A DNA stretch of 64,000 nucleotides. Source: Endomicrobiales bacterium. Its GTDB lineage: Bacteria; Elusimicrobiota; Endomicrobiia; Endomicrobiales; JALOBY01. The first letter of the stretch is position 1; every line of letters begins with the position of its first letter. The position numbers and the translations under genes were made by a program. The stretch lies in the NCBI GenBank assembly GCA_963796955.1, contig CAWCNJ010000008.1:32001-96000 (forward strand). The letters are read 5' to 3'. A model generated the notes under the pieces. That model was not told the DNA's origin and did not search any database. It saw nothing but the letters and a program-made list of their open reading frames with translations. Shown here piece by piece: positions 44,115 through 52,400 of the stretch.

Positions 44115-45458
44115 ATGAATTTTGCGAAAAAGTTGACAGTTATTGCCGGAGTTGTTGTCCTGTTCAATCTTTCCTTGTTATGTGCCGCTGAAGATCCGGT
44201 GTTCATAAGAGGAACGCGTGTGTTGGGTATGGGCGGCGCGTTCACCGCCATTTCAGACGATCAGAATGCAATGTTCTTCAATCCCGCGGGCTTAACTCAG
44301 CGGCAGGCCGGCCAGTTCACGATGTTTGAAGTGCAGACGACCATCAGCGAAGATACGATGAATTTTTATCAGTTCTATCAGGATAACCAGGATAAGCTGA
44401 AGGATTTTGAAAACCTGAGCAACACTGACAAGGCCGATCTCATCACCAAGATCAACGATACGGTTACCAAATACAAAACACGCATCCGGCTGAGCTTTCC
44501 CGAACCGAGCTATGTTTCCGGTCCCGGCTTTATCAGCTGGGGTGCAGGGATCTTTGATCAGGCTGACATCGGCTTTAAGATGAATCGCGGCGTATTGTTC
44601 CCTACAATAGATATATGGGGAAATGTCGATGTTGTTTGTGCCGTTCCATTGGCTCATCGCTTTGACACGGTGCCGTACATACCGGGCACGCTTTCAGTCG
44701 GCATTACACCTAAGTTCATAGACCGCGGCAAGATCGCTGAATACGGAAAATCCATTCTTGAGTTCAGCGATTTCAGCCCGATAATCCAGCAGGGGCAGGG
44801 ATATGGGTTAGACTTTGGCGCGCTGTACCAGCCAACCGGGCGGTGGAACGCAGGTGTAACGGTCAATGATATCGGCGGCACGCCCATTAGTTACGCCAGC
44901 GTCGATACGACAAAGGATAAAGTAGAAACAAAGATAGACGCAACAACCGGCGTGATCATGCCCAGGCTGAACGTCGGCGCGGCCTATGTGCCGTCAAAAA
45001 TTTGCTATTGGCCCGGAAAGTCTTTCAGCACCAAAGATCGCCTTGTTTTCGCCGCTGATGTTGACGATATGGTGAATGATAAGGAACCGCTTACGGATGA
45101 GTCTGTCTGGAAGAAGGTGCATTTGGGTGCTGAATTCCGTTTTTACACGCTGTCGCTGCGCGGTGGTTATAACTCCGGCTATCCCAGCTTCGGCGTCGGC
45201 TTTGGCATACCGTACATAGGTCTTAACATTGATTACGCCTACTGGGCCGATGAGCTGGGCCGTTTTGCCGGCCAGCAGCCTGAGTGGAACCACCAGATAA
45301 ACCTGTCCATGAAATGGGGCGGCATGTGCGGCCGCGCGTATGGCAGCGATATAAAACAAAAGTGCGAGACCAAAGAAAAGACGACTGATAAACCAATAGC
45401 TCCGAAAGCTTCCAGTCCGACAGAAACGCCCAAAACAAGCGAGCCGACAACCAAATGA
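44115..45458 (+). CDS. Outer-membrane beta-barrel, PorV/TraF-like (FadL superfamily)
   Basis: Signal peptide; GTRVLGMGGAFTAISDDQNAMFFNPAGL plug motif; amphipathic strands (HLGAEF, LRGGY, IDYAY); Pro/Thr/Lys-rich tail. Confidence 0.75.
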   Translation: MNFAKKLTVIAGVVVLFNLSLLCAAEDPVFIRGTRVLGMGGAFTAISDDQNAMFFNPAGLTQRQAGQFTMFEVQTTISEDTMNFYQFYQDNQDKLKDFENLSNTDKADLITKINDTVTKYKTRIRLSFPEPSYVSGPGFISWGAGIFDQADIGFKMNRGVLFPTIDIWGNVDVVCAVPLAHRFDTVPYIPGTLSVGITPKFIDRGKIAEYGKSILEFSDFSPIIQQGQGYGLDFGALYQPTGRWNAGVTVNDIGGTPISYASVDTTKDKVETKIDATTGVIMPRLNVGAAYVPSKICYWPGKSFSTKDRLVFAADVDDMVNDKEPLTDESVWKKVHLGAEFRFYTLSLRGGYNSGYPSFGVGFGIPYIGLNIDYAYWADELGRFAGQQPEWNHQINLSMKWGGMCGRAYGSDIKQKCETKEKTTDKPIAPKASSPTETPKTSEPTTK

Positions 45459-47164
45459 GAGTTAGAAATATCCTGTTTACGTTAATATCAGTTTGTGTCT
45501 GTAGTGCGCCGGTCTATGCGGTGCCCAGCATTGACGGCAGGCCGGGCCCGCGTGAGCATGTGCGCCGCCATCCTAAACATTTGCTACGGAATGCCCCCAA
45601 TACAACGGCAGCGCCTAATGAAATTATCCATCCGGCGACAGGAACGCAAAAAGTCGCGGTGATCCTGGTACAGTTCGCCAGCTCAGGTGGTGCGACCGGT
45701 GGAGATGCGGCAGCGACCTTAAGCAACATAGATATTATCGGTTTCAATAAAACGTTCAGATACCTGAAAAAGTTCTACGCTGAAGCTTCTTATAATCTGC
45801 TCGACCTTGAGATAACCTTCATTACACAATCCAGCAGTTTGACACTGACGGATGTCAGTGGTCTCAGCGGTTTTGAAGCACCCTATACGTTACCGAGCCC
45901 AATGGCGCACTATGGTTCCGATGATGCAGGCCAGGCGGAACTTATCGCTGATTCGCTTTCCCTTGTCGGTTCGTCCGTAACTGCGCCGGCATTCGACGCG
46001 GTGCTTATCGCGCATGCAGGTTATGGCGAGGAGTCCAACACCGGCAATACTGCCGATATCTGGTCTGCGATGACCGGTTTTGGAACGGACGCTTCAGGTA
46101 ATGAGAAAAAGGTCAACGGATTCACCGACGGGGCTGTTTTTCCTGCCCGTGAAGACGGCACTGCAAGCCCGATCGGTGTAACCTGTCATGAATTCGGTCA
46201 TATTCTCGGATTTCCCGACCTGTATAAGACCGCGACAAGCGCAGATCCGACACAAAGTGTGAAAGTTGGCTATTGGTGCCTTATGGATCAGGGCGCGTGG
46301 CTTGGTGATGGTGCGACACCCGCGCCGCCGTCATTGTGGTGCAGGGCTTTGGAAGGGTGGGTCGTGCCAAAACCGCTCTCAAGCCAGCAGATGTTATCAG
46401 GTGTTATCCAGTCTGAAACGAATAACAGTACTGTCTATCAAATCCCCGTGCTGAACAGTTCATCGGAGTACTTCCTGGTCTGTTATTCATCAAAATCAGC
46501 TTACAATGTTGTTCCGCCGGGTCAGGGGTTTTTGATCTGGCACATAGACGAGGGAACCATCGACGGTACCACCTTCGTTCAGCGCCTGGAAAATAATGTC
46601 ATAGATAACTTCTCTCATAACACTGTCGCGCTGGTCACTGCTTCAAATACCACGCCCGACAAAAGGCCCTTTGGTACGGCCAACGACCCATGGCCGGGCT
46701 TGAAAGGGACTTTTACCACACCGGATTCAGATTCATACTCCGGTCAGAGATCCGGCATCGTGATAAGCAACTTTTTAGGAAGTTCTCTGGACTTATCTAC
46801 CAACAAAATGTCCGACAAGGTCGGTTTTGCAGGACTCTTCAACTATCCGAATCCTGCCGGTGCAGGATATAACTCGGGCGCGTCGGGTATCCTTACCACA
46901 TTCGCAATGCAATATACGCGCCCGCCAAGGACCATGTCTCTGGATATCTATACACTGTCCGGCGAACATGTACGAAGTATCAAAACCGGCGATATAAAAC
47001 CGCCTCAGCGCTCGCTAAATCCGAACAACGATTTTAAGTGGGTTTATGAGTATGGGTGGGACGGTAGAAATGATTCCGGCGACAACGTAGCGCCCGGTGT
47101 ATACATATACCGTGCTACGGGGGACGATGCTATCAAGCTCGGCAGGATGGCGGTGGTTCGTTAG
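45455..47164 (+). CDS. M6 family (immune inhibitor A-like) metalloprotease with C-terminal T9SS type A-like domain
   Basis: Signal peptide; AHAGYGEE, CHEFGHILGFPDLY, WCLMDQGAW; C-terminus NYPNP...IYTLSG...WDGRNDSG..VAPGVYIY...RMAVVR. Confidence 0.85.
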   Translation: MRVRNILFTLISVCVCSAPVYAVPSIDGRPGPREHVRRHPKHLLRNAPNTTAAPNEIIHPATGTQKVAVILVQFASSGGATGGDAAATLSNIDIIGFNKTFRYLKKFYAEASYNLLDLEITFITQSSSLTLTDVSGLSGFEAPYTLPSPMAHYGSDDAGQAELIADSLSLVGSSVTAPAFDAVLIAHAGYGEESNTGNTADIWSAMTGFGTDASGNEKKVNGFTDGAVFPAREDGTASPIGVTCHEFGHILGFPDLYKTATSADPTQSVKVGYWCLMDQGAWLGDGATPAPPSLWCRALEGWVVPKPLSSQQMLSGVIQSETNNSTVYQIPVLNSSSEYFLVCYSSKSAYNVVPPGQGFLIWHIDEGTIDGTTFVQRLENNVIDNFSHNTVALVTASNTTPDKRPFGTANDPWPGLKGTFTTPDSDSYSGQRSGIVISNFLGSSLDLSTNKMSDKVGFAGLFNYPNPAGAGYNSGASGILTTFAMQYTRPPRTMSLDIYTLSGEHVRSIKTGDIKPPQRSLNPNNDFKWVYEYGWDGRNDSGDNVAPGVYIYRATGDDAIKLGRMAVVR

Positions 47165-47170
47165 ATGTGT

Positions 47171-48250
47171 CTAACGCTGTACTCTTTTCAGCATGAATAA
47201 TCCAAAAACCGCGAATATGATATTCGCCAGCCAGGCGGCGAATAGCGGCGAAATGAATTTGTTTTCTCCCAGAGACTGTGCTATCGCCTGAACCCCCCAA
47301 TAAATAAACGCGAAAATAAGAGCGAACGTAAAGCTCAGCACCTTGCTATGCCTGCCGCCCAGGCCTATGGCGAACGGTATGCCTATCATGATCACCACGA
47401 TATGGCTGCACACCGAGGCCCAGCGGGAATAAAATTGTATCTCTTCCTTCTCCGACGGCGCGCCAACCGCTTTTAATTTTTTTATAAGGTCCAGCATCAT
47501 GGGCGAGGTCATCTGCTCGGGGCGCGTTCTGTTGATCGCAAAATCAGCGGGCTTAAAAGATATCGGTATTACTGCATCTATGAACGGCGCTTCGTTCACG
47601 CCGCTTACCGAATAGGTCCGTAGCACGCCGTTATGAGCCGTCCAAACTCCGTTGTTAAGTTCTGCCGATTCAGCAACTACCTGCCTGGTCAAGTGAAAAT
47701 TTTCGTCAAAATAGTCGATCACGATATTGTTGAGCCTGTTTTTGTCCACCAGCAGGGATCCCGCCGTCATCCTGGCGTGTTCCGATGGAAGGGAAACAAC
47801 AAAATCGTAATAATCATTGCGTATTTTCTGCGGTTCCTTGCGTATCGTTGCCCGCACTTGTTCCGCCTTAACTATCGTGAACGGTATCACTGCTTCCCTC
47901 AGCACTATTTCTGTTACGCCGATGCCTACCCCGAGCAGCGAGAATAAAATAAGAATGCGGTACACATTGATGCCGGCCGCTTTTATAGCGGTGATCTCAT
48001 TTTGCTTTGCCAGTTTTCCCAGGGAAAATAAGACGGCAAGCAGCACCGCGACCGGCAGTACCTGAATGATCCACCAGGGCAGGTTCAGCAGAAGATACTG
48101 ACCTACGGACAGAAAAGACGCTTTTGTTTCTATGTAAAAGTTTAGTTCTCGGAAGAATTCAGAGATTAGCACCAGGCCGCCGAATGCTGCCGAGCTTAAG
48201 GCAAGCGGTTTAAGGAACTCCATGATAAGGTACCGGTTCAGTATTTTCAT
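47171..48250 (-). CDS. lptG: LPS export ABC transporter permease LptG-like
   Basis: MKILNRYL, LGKLAKQNEITAIKAAG, SPLFAAWLANIIF; LptF/LptG family, overlapping its partner gene. Confidence 0.8.
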   Translation of the reverse strand: MKILNRYLIMEFLKPLALSSAAFGGLVLISEFFRELNFYIETKASFLSVGQYLLLNLPWWIIQVLPVAVLLAVLFSLGKLAKQNEITAIKAAGINVYRILILFSLLGVGIGVTEIVLREAVIPFTIVKAEQVRATIRKEPQKIRNDYYDFVVSLPSEHARMTAGSLLVDKNRLNNIVIDYFDENFHLTRQVVAESAELNNGVWTAHNGVLRTYSVSGVNEAPFIDAVIPISFKPADFAINRTRPEQMTSPMMLDLIKKLKAVGAPSEKEEIQFYSRWASVCSHIVVIMIGIPFAIGLGGRHSKVLSFTFALIFAFIYWGVQAIAQSLGENKFISPLFAAWLANIIFAVFGLFMLKRVQR

Positions 48251-49338
48251 TTTTTCAGCATGATCCGCCACAGGTACCCGGCGAAGACCAGGGTAACGAC
48301 ATCCGGCAGCCACATGACCACCGACGGAGCGGCAAGACCTTTTTCGCTCAGGTTTATGCCGCTTACCAGCAGGATATAGTACACGAACAAGACGATCAGG
48401 CTGATGCCGAAGCCGATGCCCTTACCGCCTTTTTCCAGGATCAGTCCCAATGGGATGGCGATCAGCGCGAACACCAGCGGCGCGGCGGCAAGCACGTAGC
48501 GCATCCAGTACTCGGTCTCAAGAAAATTGGTCGGCATTTTCTTCTGGCGATACGCGTTAATTTCTGCTCTCAGCTCCCGCGCGTTCATTTCTCTCAGGGA
48601 TTGGCCGAACGGCGTATTTTTGTTGTCCATGTCGATGGCAAACCGATAGGTCTGAAAGTTAAGGTTGACCAGGCTTTGCGGTTTTGCCGGGTTCGGCTGC
48701 TGCCAAAAACCGTTGAACAGATTGAAGACCACCGCATTGCCTTCCAGTTCAACGGTCGCCGAGGTGGCGGTTATGCGCCAGGGCATGCCGTTCTCGTTCG
48801 GGGCGAATTTGTAAATATTCAGGTGCTGCAGGGAATTGTCCACTTTGTTGATATGCTCGACATACAGTTTGTAGTCGCTCAGATTAGTAATCACTTTTTC
48901 TTCAAATTTAACCAGCGGGCTCTGGGCCAGTATCTCGCGGTACATGCCGCGGAACTCTCTTTGTGTCGCGGGCGAGACATACTGGTTGAACAGCACCAGA
49001 CAGGCGCTAAGGAGTATTGCGCATACCACTACCGGGCGGGTTACTGTTTTAAACTTCAGGCCGGCCGAACGGATCGCCGTAATTTCGTTGTCTTCGCTGA
49101 GCCTGCCGAAAGAGAGCAGAATAGCCAGCAGAACTGACATCGGTATCGTAAGGGAAAATATATTAGGCAGGGCAAGACAGAAAAGTTTAACAACGGTCAA
49201 TAAATGAACACCCTTGCCAAGCAAAAGGTTCATCAGCTGAAAAAGCTGGTCCAACAGCAAAATACCGGAGAATACCAGCAGGCCAAAAATAAATGATTCA
49301 GCCACCTCACGAATTACGTATCTGTTAAGTATTCTCAT
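48247..49338 (-). CDS. lptF: LPS export ABC transporter permease LptF-like
   Basis: MRILNRYVIRE, FGRLSEDNEITAIRSAG, MWLPD; start placed at the ATG at 49338. Confidence 0.8.
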   Translation of the reverse strand: MRILNRYVIREVAESFIFGLLVFSGILLLDQLFQLMNLLLGKGVHLLTVVKLFCLALPNIFSLTIPMSVLLAILLSFGRLSEDNEITAIRSAGLKFKTVTRPVVVCAILLSACLVLFNQYVSPATQREFRGMYREILAQSPLVKFEEKVITNLSDYKLYVEHINKVDNSLQHLNIYKFAPNENGMPWRITATSATVELEGNAVVFNLFNGFWQQPNPAKPQSLVNLNFQTYRFAIDMDNKNTPFGQSLREMNARELRAEINAYRQKKMPTNFLETEYWMRYVLAAAPLVFALIAIPLGLILEKGGKGIGFGISLIVLFVYYILLVSGINLSEKGLAAPSVVMWLPDVVTLVFAGYLWRIMLKK

Positions 49339-49347
49339 ATTTGAAGT

Positions 49348-49376
49348 ATTATAACTAAATATATATATATTTGCAA
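49348..49376 (-). promoter_or_regulatory. Sigma70 promoter for lptFG
   Basis: On the minus strand TTGCAA (49376-71), 17-nt spacer, TATAAT (49353-48). Confidence 0.65.
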
Positions 49377-49442
49377 AATTAAGTGGTATTTTCAGGCAAA
49401 ATCGTTTATAATTAATAGGCAGGAACAGCATTACCAAATTAC

Positions 49443-52400
49443 ATGAAACGCATTGTATTTATCATTGGTTTCGCATTTGCATTTCTATGGATTTTGTATC
49501 AGTCCGCAGAATCTCAGTTCTACACCGGCCACCGTGCGTTTTCAGTGCTTGGGCCGGGTAAAGATGCGATAATTGAACAGGCTGCTTCCACCTCGACCGT
49601 AGTAGTAACTTCCACGGCTTCGGTGTCTTCACAAGTTCCATCAAGCACTGGCCGTTACGCGATAGATATCCCAACCACGACGTTATCAGACCAGGCCGGC
49701 GACCAATTCCTGAAGTACCTTGATGACAGTAATTTCTTTCATTATTCAACCAAACGCTGGATAAACCTGCGCACAGCGGCCGAAACAGGCAGGAACCCGG
49801 GAGAACAGGTGATCGTTTCATCGGGCACCAGGCGGGCCCCTCCGCAATTACCGCCCGGCCTTTCCGTAGAGCTGCCCTATGAATCCCAGCTTTCAATATC
49901 GGGCAGAAAAACCATCGGCGTCGGTTACAAAACCACTATGTACCGTTTTCCTGATCCGGTTAAACGTATAAACACGAATGCCATGACCATGGACCAGCAG
50001 CTGCAGGTGCGCATTAAGGGACAAGTGGGAAGAAAGATAAACGTTAACGTTGACTTTGACGATACGACCGCGGACAAACGCGATATTTCCGTTGTGTATA
50101 AAGGCGATCCGGAAGAAGTGGTGCAGGAGGCCGCCTTCGGTGATATCACCATGTCGCTGCCATCAACCGAATTCGTCGGTTACTCCAAACAGCTTTTCGG
50201 CGTGAAGATCGATGCGAAACCTACCAAAAACCTGCACACGTGGGGCTTCTTCAGCCGGACCAAAGGTTTTTCAGAAGCAAAGCGTTTCATCGGCAATACA
50301 CAGCTTAACCGTACGCAGATATCTGATACCTCCTATATCCCGATGAAATACTATAATCTGCTGTTCCCCAATATAGGGAAGGTGAAAACCGGCTCCGTTC
50401 GGGTCTTGCGCGACGACCGTATCAGCACGAACAATAATATCACGACTTCTACCGGCACACTTGTTGAAACGTACCCCGGTAATCTCGGTGCGTCAACAAC
50501 CTATTACGTCGGCGATTTTGACCAGCTGGTGCCCGGTCAGGATTTCACCGTTGATTACGAGCGTGGTTTTATTTTCTTCAAGATGCATTTGAACCCGACC
50601 GATGTGATCGCGGTAGATTACCAGAAAGACGACGGTACCTGGCTCAGCGCCGCTGACGGACTGTTAAAAATTATTAAAGATGAGAACAATAATCCCTCCA
50701 TTTCGACGGAAATGAAGACCTTCTATTCGCTGGGGAATATTAAGATCATCAGGGATGACGGCAGAGGCAATTTCCTGCTGAAGATACAAGACCTGAACAA
50801 CAATACGCTTACCGGCAATATGATCGACAACGGTGACGGCACGTTCAAGACGGTCCCCGTGTATCCAGAGACCAATCCGAACGTACCGGGCATAGTCGTC
50901 GATTTCGATTCCGGAATATTCTATCTCGATCCGCCCAATGGCAGGCCGTTCCATGACGCTCTGTATACCCAGGCCTTGCACAAGTACAGTTTCCTGACCG
51001 AATACCATTACCGTAACAAATTCATTACGCTCCGGCCCGGTATCGTGCCTCAGTCGGAGCGTATCACCTTGAACGGGCGGACGATCACGCGCGATCAGGA
51101 CTACTTTATTGACTATGACGCGGGCCTGGTAACCTTCATTAATGATGGCGATATACGTGAAGATACGGTTATCGACATAAATTATGATTATGCTCCGTTC
51201 GGTTCCGCGGGCGGTTCTACGCTGGTCGGTTTGCGCACAGAACTGGCCGCAACAAAAAATATCAGCCTCGGTTCAAGCTATATTTATGATTTCGCAGCCC
51301 AGTCCGTTGCCGTGCCGGATATTCGCACGACACCCTCTTCGTTACAGGTATGGGAGGGAGACGCGAAGGTTGCCAGCACAAAAGTTCCCGGGCTGCCCTT
51401 GACGGCCGCCTTCGGCGGCGAATATGCCAGCAGCAAAAGCAACCCTAATATTATGGGAAAAGCTATCGTGGAATCCATGGAGGGTGTGAAGCTCGAGGAT
51501 GACGTTTCTTTATATGATCAAAATTGGCATCCTGCCAGCAACCCTTCGGGCCTCAGATATTTCCTTGGCCTCGATCCCGCGAACAGCAGCAGGACAAAGG
51601 ATATCTTCTGGCAAAGCGTGAACGTTCCGAAGAAAGAACTATACCCGAACAACGACCGGCTTACCGGGAACGATCAGCAGCAATGCCTGTCCGTTGAATA
51701 CGACCTTACCCGTTCAACGGAAGTCTCCATTATCCAGCCGATCTCTTCGGTCGGCATAGATTACTCCAAGAAATCATTCCTGGAAGTGTGGATAAACGGC
51801 GACGGCAAAGGCGAGCAGCTTCTGATCAGCTACGGATCGTTGAGCGAAGACGTGGATGGTACGGGCGGAGACCATGGCATGCCTAAGACCGAAGACAAGA
51901 ACCTGGACGGAACACTGAACGCGGGCGAAGATGTCGGCTGGAAATTCATCAATCCGGACGGCACATCCTACCAGGTAGGCAATAACAATGCCAAACTCGA
52001 CACCGAGGATCTTGACGGTAACGGTGTGCTTTCTACCGCAGACCAGGTCGCGGGCGAATTCGGTATGGCGCAAAACGATTATTTCCGTACCGCCACAGAT
52101 GAATCCGGCGTCCCCTATACGGCAGTTACCTGGACCGGCTGGAAATATTTTAAAATACCTCTTAATATAACGCCGGATCAGATGCTGGACTGGCGATCCG
52201 TTAAACAGGTCAGGCTGACCTTGAGAGCGAGCGGTGCTGGGCAGGTCGGCGCGATCAGGCTGGCCAAACTGGGCCTGACCGGTAATAAGTTCGACAATCC
52301 TGTGAGTTCGGTGCTGGACAGCACTATCACGGTGACCGCGATCAACACGATCGACGATGCCGCGGTGTATCCCCTGGGCCAGTCACTGCTGGTGAACTCC

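Noticed and set aside
44115..45458. Conjugative element implied by the TraF-like similarity
   Set aside because: No VirB4, relaxase, coupling protein or other tra genes; the fold family is shared with PorV/FadL barrels.
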